Positions 1 through 14,259 of a stretch of DNA of 64,000 nucleotides are shown piece after piece. How positions within the stretch are numbered: the first letter of the stretch is position 1; the number at the start of each line of letters is the position of its first letter. The stretch is taken from assembly GCF_963921235.1 (NCBI RefSeq), contig NC_086098.1, forward strand, positions 2,542,001 through 2,606,000, read 5' to 3'. Both the position numbers and the translations under genes were made by a program. The stretch comes from Mobula hypostoma. Taxonomy: Eukaryota. The notes under the pieces were generated by a model that did no database searches, was not told where the DNA came from, and worked only from the letters and a program-made list of their open reading frames with translations.

Positions 1-530
1 CTAACCTATTCAAACTTTCTTTATAACTCAGGTCCTCCAGTCCCAGCAACATCCTTGTAATTATTTTTCTGTACTCTATCAACCTCATTTACATCTTACC
101 TTTGGGTAATGACCAAAATTGCACACAATACTCTAAATTATGCCTCACCACCATTTTATACAACTTCAACACAACATCCTATCTCCTGTACTCAATATTT
201 TGATTATGAAGTCTAATGTGCCAAAAGCTTTCTTCACGACCCCGTCTACCCATAATGCCTCTTTCAATGAATTATGGAAATGTATTCCCAAATACTTTTG
301 TTCACCGCACTCCTCGTTGTCCTACTGTCGACAGTGTAAGATCTACCCTGATTAATCCTACCAGAGTGCAACTTGTCTGCACTAAATACCATCTACCATT
401 TTCAGTGCATTTTTCCAGCTGGTCCAGATCCTTCTACAAGCTCTAATAGTCTTCCTCACTCTCCATTACACCCCTAATCTAGATGTCATCCACGAATTTG
501 CTGATCTAGTTAACCACATTATCATCCAGA
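1..530 (-). mobile_element. Degenerate CR1 LINE ORF2 fragment
   Basis: Reverse complement resembles the CR1 RT C-terminal region seen in better copies here (ctggatgataatgtggttaac..agcaaattcgtggatgac). Confidence 0.7.
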
Positions 531-544
531 TTGGTACATTGTGT

Positions 545-1000
545 GTACCCTGAAGACACACACTCAGTGATTCAGGAACAGCTTCTTCCCCTCTGCCATC
601 CGAGTCCCAAATGGACATTGAATTCATGAACATTACCTCACTTTTATTTCTGTTTTTGCACTATTTTAATTTAACTATTTAGTATTAATATATATACTTA
701 TTTACTTATTTTGTTTCTATGTTATCATGTATTGCATTGTACTGTAGCCACTAAGATGGTAGTGCAGTGGTCCTTCCTGATGGTAACAATGAGGAAAGGG
801 CGTGCCCTGGGTGATGGGGGTCCTTAATGGTAGACGCTGCCTTTATGGGGCATCTCTCCTTGAAGATGTCTTGGAGACTACAGAGGCTAGTAGTCAAGAT
901 AGAGCTGACTAATTTTACAATTTCAAAAGCTTCTTTTGATCCTGCACAGTAGCTCCTCCCCCCACCGTACCAGCCTGTCAGAATGCTATTTGAACCATGG
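545..1000. mobile_element. Two Rex/Babar-like LINE 3' fragments, tail to tail
   Basis: Plus copy has gattcaggaacagcttcttcccctctgccatc. Minus ORF 751..1062 has DIFKERC..KAASTIKDPHHPGHALSSLLPSGR. Confidence 0.65.
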
Positions 1001-1551
1001 ACATCAATCAAAACATTGAAACGTACGGTGAAAAACAATCTTTCTATCAACAACCAACACAATGTGCCGATGTGCTGAGAGCAGCTGCAAGTATCACCAT
1101 GCTTCTGGTGCTGGCATGGCCACAGGTCACTAACTCCTTATAGTGTGGATGGAAACAAAAGCACCCAAAGGAAACCCACAAGGTCATAGGGAGAATGTAC
1201 AAACTCATTCTAGACCGCCGTGGGAATTGAACCTCAATCGCTGGCACTGTAAAGCATTACACAACTGTGCTGCGATTCCATTTTCCATTGTAGCTCCTCC
1301 CTGGGTAATGCAACTATTCAAACAACTAGGGATACACAGTAATATTGATGTAAATCTTGAGAAAGCTGCAATGCTGAACCCCACTAGAATAGGCCGAAGG
1401 TTCCGAGCAATTGACAAATGTACGTGCTTGGCTATGCCTGTACCTCAGGTTTTACCAGCTTGAGCTGAGAAAAAATAAAAATAATAATAATGATAAATAA
1501 AAGATAAATATAGAGAACATGAAATGAAGAGTCCTTGAAGGTAAATCCATA

Positions 1552-3187
1552 TGTAGTGTCCTGGTTCATATCTTTACTGTTATGCTGTATGTAATTCATT
1601 TTGTGTAGCTCTGTAAGATGCTATGAAATGCTATCATCCTGTTTCGGTAATTGTTGAAGATAAGGAATGATGAGGAATGTCTGTCATCCAATTAGCAGGG
1701 GCTTTTTCTTGGCGAGGGACAATAAGTTTGGTCTTGGGCTTTTATTTGAAGGAGATGAAGAGAGAAGACACTGGGGAGAAATGGTTGTAGCATACGATCC
1801 GGTGGGAGACCCGATTGTTTGCGATGAATTGCTAGCGACATCGGAAGGTTGTGTGCTTTCACATTCACGAGGGCCCAGTGCGTGAGTGACCGAGAAGTTC
1901 AAGATGAGCTCCAACTTGTGCACCTCTGCATGGAGGTTGGTGACCAGTAGTGTGCCTCAGGGATCTGTTCTGGGACCCCGACTCTTTGTGATTTTTATAA
2001 ATGACCTGGATGAGGAAGTGGAGGGATGGGTTAGTAAATTTACTGATGACACAGCGGGTGTTATGGATAGTGTGGAGGGCTGTCAGAGGTTACAGTGGGA
2101 CATTGGTAGGATGCAAAACTGGGCTGAGAAGTGGCAGATGGAGTTCAACCCAGATAAGTGTGAGGTGGTTCATTTTGGTAGGTCAATTATGATGGCAGAA
2201 TATACTATTAGTGGTAAGATTCTTGGCAGTGTGGAGGATCAGAGGGATCTTGGGGTCCCAGTCCATAGGACACTCAAAGCAGCTGCGCAGGTTGACTCTG
2301 TGGTTAAGAAGGCATACGGTGCATTGGCCTTCATCAATCGTGGGATTGAGTTTATGAGTCGAGAGGTAATGTTGCAGCTATATAGGACCCTGGTCAGACC
2401 CCACTTGGAGTATTGTGCTCAATTCTGGTCACCTCACTACAGGAAGGATGTGGAAACCATAGAAAGGGTGCAGAGGAGATTTACAAGGATGTTGCCTGGA
2501 TTGGGGAGCATGCCTTATGAGAATAGGTTGCGTGAACTCAGCCTTTTTTTCCTTGGAGCGATGGAGGATGAGAGGTGATCTGATAAGAGGTGCATAAGAT
2601 ATTGACAGGCATTGATCGTGTGGATAGTCAGAGGCTTTTTCCCAAGACTGGAATGGCTAGCACGAGAGGGCATAGTTTTAAGGTGCTTGGAAGCAGGTAC
2701 AGAGGAGATGTCAGAGATAAATTTTTTATTCAGAGAGTGGTGAGTGTGTGGAATGGGCTGCCAGCAACAGTGATGGAGGCTGATACGATAGGGTCTTTTA
2801 AGAGACTCCTGGATAGGTACATGGAGCTTAGAAAAATAGAGGTCTGTGGGTAATCCTTGGTAACTTCTAAGGTAAGGACATGTTCGGCACAGTTTGTGGG
2901 CTGAAGAGCTTGTATTGTGCTGTAGGTTTTCTATGTTTCTATGTAATTAGAATGGGCTCTTTATTAACCCTTTAGTTAAGATTCATAAATATACTTCCTT
3001 TAATTGTATGAAGTGTACTGCCTGTTATTATGTGGCATTAATTTGTAACGTTGGCAAGTTACACAGTATCCACACAAACAAGGGTATTTTTTTGGGGGGG
3101 GCTCGCACCTCAATCTCACAAGTTAGGCGGGGCCAGGAGGTCATCTTCCCTAGACCTACACAGCTGAGGAAACCAGAGTGTTTTACA
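1552..3187. mobile_element. Possible solo LTR, interrupted by a CR1
   Basis: TGTA...TACA termini. It splits a repeat that elsewhere reads gagtccataggttgtgggaacagttcag. No TSD found. Confidence 0.4.
1924..2945 (+). mobile_element. 5'-truncated CR1 LINE, (ttctatgt)n-tail subfamily
   Basis: ORF 1886..2578 has VPQGSVLGP, SKFTDDT, VRPHLEYCAQFWSPHY and ERVQRRFTRM; 3' UTR ends ttctatgtttctatgt. Confidence 0.95.
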
Positions 3188-4154
3188 TCTGTTGTGGGAA
3201 CAGTTCAGTTTTGGGTCAAGTGAAATTGATTGAATTTTTTTCCTCTGGTTCAAATACCTGATGGTTGAGGGGTAATAACTGTTCCTGAATAGTGGGAAGT
3301 TCTCATCTCCAGATGCGCTGGGCTGTCTGCACCACTCTCTGCAGAGTCCTGTGATTGAGGGAAGTACAGTTCCCATACCAGGCAGTGATACTGCCAGTTC
3401 TTAGGATTTGAGGACCCAAATCAAACTTCTTCAACCATCTGAGGTGAACGAGGCGCTGTTGTGCCTTTTACACCACACAGCCAGTATGTACAGACCATCT
3501 GAGATCCTTGGTGATGTGTATGCCGAGGAATTTGAAGCTGTTCACCCTCTCAAACCCAGTTCCATTGATGTCAATAGGGATTAGCCTGTCTCCATTCCTC
3601 CTGTAGTCCACAACCAGCTCCAAACATTCTCACAACTATGACACCATGATTAGTACTAAATGGGCATCTGCTTAAGTAAAACAGGTAATACAGAAACCCC
3701 AAGCCTATCAAAATAAACTTAACACGTTTAAGCAGAAAACACCAGGAGACCACATTACACAGAAAGAGTTCACTAAGAAAAACACACGGAATTCTCAACA
3801 ACTAACGGCTCCCATTAAACAACAATTAACCAATACAGGTGCTCTAAGAACCTCGGAGCCTAACAGTCTCAAGCCTGAAGAGCTCATTACATATGTTGTC
3901 CTCAGGACTATGTGGGCTTCCTCTAGATGCTGTGGTTTCCCCTCACTCCCCAAAGACGTAAGAGTTAGGGTTAGTAAGTTACGGGCATGCTCTACTGGCG
4001 ACACTTGCTGACTGTCCCGAGTGCATCCTCAGTCTGATTTGGACACCAGTGCGAATCACACATGTGACTGTTGGTTTCAATGTACATGTAACAACTAAAG
4101 ATAGCCTGAATTCTGATTATGCAGCAGATTAACTTGAAAAGACAGACATGAGAG

Positions 4155-4510
4155 TTGTACAGTGGCACAGAGGTTAGCACGATCACGTTACAGTGGCAGT
4201 GATCATTGATATGCTTTGAAATCCCACCATCTGTAAGTTTGTACATTCATTCTTGACAGCGTAGGTTTCCTCCGGGTACTCCAGTTTCCTCCCACATTCC
4301 AAAGACATTAGATGTACCAAAGACAAAGACAAAGATGTACCAGCTACGGTTAGTAAGTTTTGGGGATGTTATGTTAGTGTCGGAAGCATGGTGACACTTG
4401 CAGGCTGCACCCAGCACATCCCCAAACTGTGTTGGTTGTTGATACAAAAGACCCATTTCACTGTACGTTTCAGCGTTTTTATGTACATGCGACAAATAAA
4501 GCTAATCTTT
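4155..4510 (+). mobile_element. V-SINE/HE1-like SINE
   Basis: V-domain core ggtttcctccgggtactccagtttcctcccacattccaaagac. Related copies near 3910, 13710-13960, 43110-43440 (plus) and 5730-5840, 9400-9570, 25090-25380, 40550-40810, 42490-42620 (minus). Confidence 0.75.
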
Positions 4511-5919
4511 GCAGAAAGTAAAATGATTTCTAACTTTCTCTGCCATCATAGGCTCATTGCAGTCTTTTTTTAGTGTGGACTGTTTTCTAAGAATGAGAAT
4601 GAGTATCCTGTTCACAAAATCTTCTCAGATGTGATGTTCTCTAGTCTCTTTTCCTTCTGTCTCTTTATTGTTTATTTATTTATTGTGATACAGCATGGAA
4701 TAGGCCCTTCTAGTGCTTTACGCCCAGCAATACCCCGACTTAACCCTGACCTAATCACAGGACAATTTACAATGACCAGTTAACCTACTAACCCACGTCT
4801 TTAGACTTTGGAGGAAATCGGAGAATTAATTAATTGATTAACGGTAATATTTGTTGAAATATAAACTAAAATGTGACTTAACTAAAGGTTCTTCAATGTG
4901 CAAAGAGCTATGTGCTTCAGTGATGTAAATCTAATCTATTAGCGTAATTGCACATACCCTAGCACCCTCATGATATTAATTTGGTGAAGACGACAACAAT
5001 TCACTTTCCTTTCGTATGACTCACAATAGCAGGGTGGTGGGGTCAGACGGACATAGGCATCACAGCCAAGAAAGCTTATCGACACCTCAACTTCCTCAGG
5101 GGGCTAAAGAAATTTGACATGTCCCTGTCAACTCTAACCAATGTTTATTGATGCAGCACAGAAAGCATCCTATCTGATACATCACAACTTGGTATAGCAA
5201 CTGCACTCAGTCACCAGCCTCCTCTCTGTGGACTCTGCCTACACCTCTCACTGCCTCAGGAAAGGCAGTGAAAAATGATGAATTTGACACTGAATTTGAA
5301 AGGCTGCAATGTTGCCTGGACAGAAGAGGAAGTGTCAAGGACGTGTTGGTCAGATGGGGTGTGGGATGGACAATTGAAGTGGCAGGCAATAGGCATTAGA
5401 CCATAAAACCATAAGACCTCGGAGCAGAATTAAGCCATTCAGCTAACTGAGTCTGCTCTGCCATTCTATCATGGCTGATTTATTATCCTTCACAACCCCA
5501 TTCTTCTGCCTCCTCCTCATAACCTTTGATGTTCTTCTATGAACCTATCAACCTCAGCTCTAAATATACCCAATGATTTGGTCTCCATAGCCATCCATTG
5601 ATTCCACTGGCTAAGGTAATTCCTCCTCACCTCTGTCCTAAAGGGTGTCCTTGTATTCTGAGGCTGTGCTTTCTAATCCTCTACTCTCCCACTGTGTAAC
5701 CAGTGTGACTATTTAACCCACTAATTAGCGGAAAAAGTGGGGGGAAATTGGAGTACCTGGAGGAAGCCACAAGTTCATCGGGAGAATGTACGAACTCCTT
5801 ACAGACAGTAGCAGAATTGAACCCGGGCCACTGGTGCTGTAATCCAGATTCAGATTCAGACTGAACTCTGTAACTGTGTTGTGTGCAGAATTTGCAGCAA
5901 GATACCCCTTTGCGATAAA

Positions 5920-6265
5920 GGGGTATAAGATTGATTGTGTGGATAGACAGGGGATTTCTCCCCGGGCTGAAGTGGCTAATATGAGGGGACGTAATTTTAG
6001 GGTGCTTAGAAGTAGGTACAAGAGGGATGTCAGAGATAAATTTTTCACACAGAGAGAGTGGTGGGTCCATGGAATGCACTGCCAGCAAAGGCGATAGAGG
6101 CCATTTCAACAGGGTCTTTTAAGAGACCCTTATAGAGGCACATAGAGTTTAGAAAAATAGAGGGCTATGCACTAGGGAAATCCTAGGCAGCTTCTAGAGT
6201 AGATTAAATGGCTGGCACAACATTGTGGGCCGAAAGGCCTGTAATGTGCTGTAGATTTATGTGTT
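5920..6265 (+). mobile_element. CR1 3' end
   Basis: IDCVDRQGISPRAE..RGRNFRVLRSRYKRDVRDKFFTQRE plus the same 3' UTR as 1924-2945. Confidence 0.85.
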
Positions 6266-7221
6266 TAAACTAGGGTTCCCACAGACCCCTCAGTTAATGG
6301 GATAAAAAAGGATGGGAATCCCTATTCTGAACTAAGTTTATTTCTTTTTTAATCATTTCTGTTTTAGTGAAGATGAAAAGAACAAGAGCACGTGGAGTCA
6401 TTTACGAATATTGAATCAACATATCACCGAGAAAATTACACTAAGAATGACATCACGATGGAGTTGAATGCTTATTTCTTTTCTCAAATGATGACTGCTG
6501 GTTTAATCACCAAAGTTAATTTCAGGTGGATAAGACGGTTAAGCTGATTAAGTCCTGGGATCAAGAATTACTCTGATGAAACTATCAGCATTAATTATAT
6601 AAACAATGTCGTGTAAAGTGAGAGATAAAGAGGAAATAGTTTATTTTCTTTATTTTATTTAGAGATACAGGGCAGAACAGGCCTTTCCATCCCAGTAACC
6701 CACCTATTCAACCCCAGCCGAATCACAGGACAATTTACTCATTTACCCTGTTAACCCATACGTCTTTGAAAAGCGGCAGGAGACCCATGTATTCACAGGG
6801 AAGTCACTGGGGTGATAGGTTCTTGATTAGTCAGGCATGAAGGGATATGGGGAGAAGGCAGGAGACTGGGGGTGAGAGGGAAATAGATCAGCCATGATGA
6901 AATGACAGAGCAGACTCAATGGGCCAAATGGCCGAATAGTGTTTCTATATCTGATGGTCTTATGGATATACAAGCTCCTTACAGACACCATCGGAAATTA
7001 ATGTTAGAACAATTGGGATTAAAATCCCCTAGTGTTCATGCTACTATCTAACATAAGATATTCGAGATGGAATAAAGGGTAAGTTGTAGAAAACACGTGT
7101 CAGCCTCCAAAGCATATGAGTGCAATTATGGACACAATACTGGAGATGCCAGCCTGAGAGAGAACACTAATCTCCACAATCCTTTTCACCTCTTACCACC
7201 AGGCAGAAGGTACTGCAGTAT

Positions 7222-7628
7222 AAACACAGAACATAGAATAGTACAGCACATTACAGGCCCTTCGGCCCACAATGTTGTGCCAACCCTCAAACCCTGCCTC
7301 CCATATAACTCCCCACCTTAAATTCCTCCATATACCTGTCTAGTAGTCTCCTAAACTTCACTAGTGTATCTGCCTCCACCACTGAATCAGGCAGTGCATT
7401 CCACGCACCAACCACTCTCTGAGTAAAAAACCTTCCTCTAATATCTCCCTTGAACTTCCCACCCCTTACCTTAAAGCCATGTCCTCTTGTATTGAGCAGT
7501 GGTGCCTTGGGGAAAAGGCGCTGGCTATCCACTCTATCTATTCCTCTTATTATCTTGTACACCTCCATCATGTCTCCTCTCATTCTCCTTCTCTCCAAAG
7601 AGCAAAGCCCTAGCTCCCTTAATCTCTG
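7222..7628 (-). mobile_element. CR1 3' end
   Basis: ORF 7287..7598 has ERRRMRGDMMEVYKI..TRGHGFKV..FFTQRVVGAWNALP. Confidence 0.92.
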
Positions 7629-8764
7629 AACAAGGATAATCTAAGAACAAGGACCATTGGACTGAGTAACAACTTCTTCCCCCAATGACGATGTACTAGG
7701 TTTTGCATTTTTGTCCCAGAGGAACATTGTTTTGTTTAGCTGTATAGGTGTACAGTTGGATGACAATAAACTTGAATTTGAACACGAACTAATATTGGAT
7801 TACTTTTCCTTCTAGTGAATTTTGGATTTTACAGAGACACCATTTGTTTTTTTTATTGCAGGTAATATAGGCTGTGGAAGCTTTCAGGAAGTAAAGATCA
7901 CTGCTGCTACAGTAGATCACTAAATCTCTCAGCAGTCTGAGATCTTGTTCTTCAAACGGTAAGGAGCAAACTGGTGACATTTTGGGCCATGACTCTTCAT
8001 CAGAACTTAGCCTGAAGCATGACTGTTTGCTCTTTTCCATCGAAGCTTCCTAGTTTGCTGAGTTTCTCCAGCATTTTATATGTTTTCTTTTGGATCTCCA
8101 GCATCTGCAGATTTTTTTTCGTGTTTGTTCCTCAAATCCCTTTTTGCTCAAATAATTTTAGGTCATTCATTTTCATCAACAATCACTTTCAAGGACTCTT
8201 CACCTCGTGTTTTCGATATTTCTTTCCTATTTATTTATTATTATTAATTTTTCTTGTATTTGCACAGTTTGTTTTCTTTTGCACATTATAGTTAACCGTT
8301 CTGCAAAACTACAAAATTTACAATGGGCATAGATAGAGTAAGTGTAAATACAAGCAGACTTTTACCACCAAGGTTGGGTGGGACTGCAATGAGGTTATGG
8401 CTTAAGGGTGAAAAGTGAAATATCTAAAGGGAACATGAGGGGAAACTTCTTCACTCAGAGGGTTGTGAGAGTGTGAAGTGAGCTGCCAGCACAAGTGGTG
8501 GACGTAGGATTAATTTCAAGAGGAATTTGGATCGGTATATGGATTGGAATGGTATCTAGCACATTTGTTGATGTGCTGTTATGTGGTGTTCTTAGACAGT
8601 GATTTGAAGCTGTTGAGGACATCTTCTGGTTTTAGGCCATCAATATTGTACCAAGATGTTGTAAAATTGTGCGTGAAACTGCGCTTTGCTTAAACTAATT
8701 TCCACTTCAAATGTGATCACTATGCACGTCATAACCAAACTGAGTTAATTGAATTGCAACATAC

Positions 8765-8986
8765 CAAAGGAAGATCATTCAGAATTTCTTTGGTGACTCC
8801 GTTTAACGTAACAGCCATGACAGCGGGGCAAGGTTCTCCGTAACTTGCTGGCAGGCCCTCCTGTGTGACTGCACCAATGGGAATGGTATAGATGCTGTTA
8901 ACAAATCCATCTGCTCCACAATGATCGTTGAACAAGCCACCATTGCCAGACGCCCAGACAAAAATACTCCCCTTGCCTTTACGTCC
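8765..8986 (-). CDS. Proprotein convertase exon D, 222 nt, GRKGKGSIFVWASGNGGLFNDHCGADGFVNSIYTIPIGAVTQEGLPASYGEPCPAVMAVTLNGVTKEILNDLPL, oxyanion Asn
   Basis: Acceptor ccag and donor gtatgt, phase 0 to 0. Contains the GSIFVWASGNGG motif and D-x-C-x-x-DG..NSIYT; ORF 8729..8935. Confidence 0.97.
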
Positions 8987-9700
8987 CTGGTATCAGTAAA
9001 AAAAAAGCTTTAAGGATCATGATTAATTTAGTGTTCACATAAAGTGACTGTAGAAAATACTTGATTTAATTTTAATTTATTTTATTTAGAGATACAGTTC
9101 CTTCCGGCCCTTCGAGCCATACCACCCAGAAACCCCTGATTGAACCTTAAACTAAACATGAAACTGTTTACAATGATCAGTTAACCTACTAGCCAACTGG
9201 TGGTGTTGTGACATCCACACCATACTTCAAGGCTCGTGTTTTGGGTTTGAATCCAGCCGTCTCCTTGCATGCTTTCCATCTGTGCTCGGTTGAGCGTTGA
9301 GCTAACAACTCGGCCTTGTAAAAAGCAGTCAAAGATGCTAAAGAAGGTTGCTGCCTGATGTACCACAAGGTGCAGAAAGGAACAGCAATAGCAATTAACT
9401 AACCTGTACGTCTTTGACTGTGGGGGGAAACCAGAGCACCCAGAGGAAAGCCACATATTTCAAGGGGAGAACATACAAGCTCCTCACAGAAAACGTAAGG
9501 ACTAAACTCTGAACTCTAATGCCCTGTGTTGTAATAGTGTCATACAAACCTGTATGTTACTGTGGCACCGTGATTAAAATACACTCAGTGGCCACTGTAT
9601 AATGTAAAGGAGTGTACCTGATAAAATAGCTTCAAGACTAGACTCAGTGGCCAGATTAATGACACCTCTGTACCTAATAAAGTGGGCACTGAGTGTAAAG

Positions 9701-10743
9701 TACAGTGCAAAAGTCTAAGGCACCCTAGATTTTTTATATGGCTTTTAGTAAATTTTATTATCGAAGTGCATATACAGTATGTCACCATATACAACCCTGA
9801 GATTCATTTTCTTGTGGGCATACTCAACAAATCTATAGAAGAATAACTATAACAATCAATGAAAGACCACCCAGCTAGGGTGTTCAACCAGAATGCAGAA
9901 GACAACAAACTGAAACAATAATATAAATAAATAAGCAATAACTATTGAGCCAATGAGGTGAAGAATCTTTGATAGTGCATCTATTGGTTGTGGGATTATT
10001 TCAATGATGGAGATAGAGAAGCTGAGTGAAGTTACCCCCTTTGTTCAAGAGCCTGATGGTGGGGGGAAGTAACTGTTCCTAAAACTAGTGGTGTGAGCCC
10101 TGAGACTCTTGGACCTTCACCCTGATGGCAGCAGCAAGATGGGAACATCCCCTGGGTGATGGCGGTCTCTGATGGTGGATGCTGCTATTCTGCGATAGCG
10201 TTTTGAGTAGATGTGCTCACTGTTGAGGAGGGTTTTACCTGTGATGGACAGGGCCGTATCCACTACAGATGGTAGGATTTTCCATTCAAGGGCATTGGTG
10301 TTTCCATACCAGGCTGTGATGCAGCCAGTCAGTATACTCTACACCACACACCTATAAAACTTAGTGAAAGGTTTAGGTGTCATGCCGATGGCTTCAGATG
10401 GCATGGCCTCCACAGTTCTTTGATCTCAACATCATCAGGCTGTCTGGGATTACGTGGAGAGACAGAAGCAAGCAAAATAGTCAAAGTCTGCAGAAGAATT
10501 GTGGCAAGTTCTCCAAGATGCTTGGAACAACCTACCAGCCGATTTTCACATAAAACTACACAACAGGTAACTAATAAAGTTTTTAAGGCAAAGGGGGATT
10601 ACATCAGATATTGATTTGATTTAGTTTTTACTGCTTTTTATAGTTTTTTAATACTGTATTTAGAAACTTTTCATTTCATTATTTTTGAAAGCATCTTTGC
10701 TTTACAGAATTATTTTATGTGTGCCTAAAACCTTTGCACAGTA
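9701..10743. mobile_element. Tc1/mariner-type non-autonomous element carrying a Rex/Babar-like insert (about 9745-10390)
   Basis: Imperfect inverted termini tacagtgcaaaagtctaaggcac and gtgcctaaaacctttgcacagta, with TA at each end. Confidence 0.55.
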
Positions 10744-10934
10744 TGGAATGAGTGTAGTCTTTTATTTCTTTTTTCAGGGAAGAATGCGAACACAGTCCCT
10801 AACTACCACACATTATGGAATCGAGTGTCCCGCCTTTGGGAATATCGCAGCCGTCAGCACACCCGAAGTGCAATGGGAAACCCTTTTTCTGAAACCTCGG
10901 CTCTCTTGATCACCTCGGCTCCCTGCCAGGTAAG

Positions 10935-11405
10935 TCTTCGGCTGCTGTAGCCCATCCGGTTCAAGGTTTGACATGTTGTGTGTTCAGAGAGGCCCCGCAC
11001 ACTGCTGTTGTTATGCATTGTTATTTGAGTTACTGTTGCCTCCCTGTCAGCTTGAACCAGTCTGGCCGTTCTCCTCTGATCTCTTTCATTAACAAGGTGC
11101 TTTCGTGCTTTCGCCCACAGAGCTGCTGCTCACTGATTTTGTTTTTATTTGTTTTTTTGCACCATTCTCTCTAAACTCTAAATATGTTCATGCATGAAAT
11201 TCCCAGAGGATCAGCAGTTTCTGAGGTATTCAAACCACCCTATCATCACATGCAAAGCCACTTAGATCACATTCCTTCCCCATTCTGATGTTTGGTCTGA
11301 GTAACAACTGGAAGTCTTGCTCATGTCTCCATGCTTTTATGCATTGAGCTGCTGGCACATGATCAGCTAATTAGATATTTGCATTAACGAGCCGGTGCAC
11401 ACGTG
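10935..11405 (-). mobile_element. Tc1-like transposon relic
   Basis: Reverse complement matches the Tc1 relics at 20565-20972 and 13150-13444. Confidence 0.7.
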
Positions 11406-11559
11406 GCAATACAACGAAGAGACTGTTCCTCCCATCCTGCCCGACATGGTATACTGTGATTATATACTGTGTGACTCTCTGCGGAGGGGATTGCTTTCCA
11501 ACTCAAGCTGGACTTCCACTTACTTGACGGGCTCTAGTTATAAAGCAACAACATGATTT

Positions 11560-13000
11560 TGAATTTAATTTAATTGAATTGACTTTATTTCTTTCATCCT
11601 TCACATACATGAGGAAAAAAGATCTTTACATTATGTCTCCGTCTAAATGTGCAATGTGCAATGTGCTATCATAGTAATTTATAATAAATAGAACAGTCAA
11701 TGTAACATAGAAATACATTCATATCAGTGTGAATTAAGCAGTCTGATGGCCTGGTGGAAGAAGCTGTCCCGAAGCCTGTTGGTCCTGGCTTTTATGCTGC
11801 GGTACTGTTTTCTGGATGGTAGCAGCTGGAATAACAGAGAAACATAGAAAACCTACAGCACAATACAGTACCTTCGGCCCACAAAGCTGTGCCAAACATG
11901 TCCTTACCTTGGAAATAACCAAGGGTTACCTACAGGCCTCTATTTTTCTGAGCTCCATGTATCTGCCCAGGAGTCTCTTTAAAGAACCTATCGTATCCAC
12001 CTCCACCGCCGTCGCCGGCAGCCCATTCCATGCACTCACCATTCTCTGCATAAAAAATTTATCCCTGACATCTCCTCTGTACCTTCTTCCAAGCACCTTA
12101 AAACTGTGCCGTCTCGTGATAGCCATTTCAGCCCTGGGAAAAAGCCTCTGTCTATCCACACGATCAATGCCTCTCATCACCTTATACACCTCTATCAGGT
12201 CACCTCTCATCCTCCGTTGCTCCAAGGAAAGAAGGCCGAGTTCACTCAACCTTTTCTCATAAGGCATGCTCCCAAATACAGGCAACATCCTTGTAAATCT
12301 CCTCTGCACCCTTTCTATGGTTTCCACATCTTTCCTGTAGTGAGTCAACCAGAACTGAGCACAGTACTCCAAGAGGGATCTGACCTGGGTCCTATAGCTG
12401 CAACATTACTTCTCAGCTCCTAAACTCAATTCCATGATTGATGAAGGCCAATGCACCGTATGCTTTCTTAACCATAGAGTCAACCTGCGCAACATCTTTG
12501 AGTGTCCTATGGACTCGGACCTGAAGATCCCTCTGATCCTCCACACTGCTAAGAGTCTTAACATTAATGCTATATTCTGCCATCATATTTGACCTACCAA
12601 AATGAACCACCTCGCACTTATCTGAGTCAAGCTCCACCTGCCACTTGTCAGCCCATTTTTGCATCCTATCAATGTCCCGCTGTAACCTCTGACAGCCCTC
12701 TACACTATCCACAGCACCTCCAATCTTTGCGTCATTAGCAAATTTACTAACCCATCGCTCCACTTCTTCATGCAGGTCATTTATAAAAATCACAAAGAGT
12801 AGGGGTCCCAGAACAGATCCCTGAGGCACACCACTGGTGACCGACCTCCATGCAGAATATGATCATTCTACAACCACTCATTGCCTTCTATGGGCACACC
12901 AGTTCTAGATCCACAAGGCAATTTCCCCTTGGATCCCATGCCTCCTTACTTTCTCAAAAGATTGTGGTTGGGGTGACTCAGGTCCCCAATGATCTTTTGG
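11560..13000 (-). mobile_element. Rex/Babar 3' end interrupted by a minus-strand CR1 (about 11835-12955)
   Basis: ORFs 11926..12372 and 12413..12829 are CR1 RT. The flanks agcagctggaa and ttgtggttggggtgactcaggtcccc are contiguous in the uninterrupted copy near 60140. Confidence 0.9.
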
Positions 13001-13149
13001 GATCATTTAAGTTTTCTTTAAATTTGTTCATGGGAGCAAATGGTAATGCTGCCATTTGTGTAACTTCATTCAAAGAATAATCATTGTCTGGTGTCGAGAA
13101 CAATTTAAAAAATTCACCACATGGCACTTCATAAAGTGATTCACAATCC

Positions 13150-13444
13150 ATACAAGATGGTGCGAAAAACAAAAAAAAAATCCAGTGAGCAGCATTTCTG
13201 AGGGCAAAAACACTTCGTTAATGACAGAGGTGAGAGGAGAATGGCCAGACTGGTTCAAGCTGGTAGGAAGGTGACAGTAATTCAGCTAACCACACATTAC
13301 AACACTGATGTACAGAAGAGCATCTCTGAACACACAACCCATTAAACCTTGAAGTGGATGGGCGACTGCAACAGAAGACCACAAGCATACACTGAGTGGC
13401 CACTTTATTAGATAGAGGAGATAATAAAGTGGCCACTGAATGCA
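13150..13444 (+). mobile_element. Tc1-like relic ending in a short TIR palindrome
   Basis: Arms tacactgagtggccactttatta (13388-13410) and taataaagtggccactgaatgca (13422-13444). Confidence 0.75.
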
Positions 13445-14259
13445 GGTTACTTATCAAAGTAACACTCTTCACCAGCAGAAAAAGTATTGGTTAGGTTTAT
13501 GGATCTGTAACAATTTAATATTAGATCAGTTCAATTTTTTTAATATCAAAAACTAAAAGTTCCATCAAAATAAAAGAATTTTGGAAACTTCCTGAAACAA
13601 ATATCAAGTTTTCAGTCAGTATAGCAAATCAAAGATATTTGCCTGGGCTTTGGGATTTTACTGATGGCAAGATTTTTGGTCTCTGGCATTATTTGCTCAT
13701 AACTGGGAGTGGCTCGGCAGTATAGTTGTCAGCACAGTGCTTTGTAGTACCTGCCACTGCCTGTCAGCATTTTCTATGTGTCTCCCTGTGAACTGCATAC
13801 TTTTCCTCCGGGTGCTCCAGTTTCCTCCCATAGTCCAAAGATGTATGGGTTGGTCATTGTAAATTGTCCCATGATTTGGCCAGAATTATATCGGGGCATT
13901 GCTGGGTGTTGTGGCTCCAAGGGCCACAAAGCCCTATTCTGCACCATTTCTCAATAAATAAATCATACATTTACAAATCACCTCTTTTCTGCAACATCTC
14001 AAAATGTTCTAATTCATTTCATGGGACACAAGCAAATGTGTGATGGCATATTAGACCATAATTCTTGTTCGAAACTTTCTGACCTAAAGCATTTTGTAAA
14101 TCTGCTAGCCTAGTATTTCAAAATACTTTGGATCCAAAGTGAACAAAGAGCCAGTAGCATTATACAGTTTACTTTTTAACTTGTATCATAAACACACTTT
14201 ATTATTCATTAATTTAATATTACTTTAGGGACATGCCTGTCTTAACATCTGAAGTAACC

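Noticed and set aside
1..8764. Catalytic Ser (GTS) exon of the convertase
   Set aside because: No GTS(A/S)xxP motif with splice sites was found; ORF 1205..1417 does not match.
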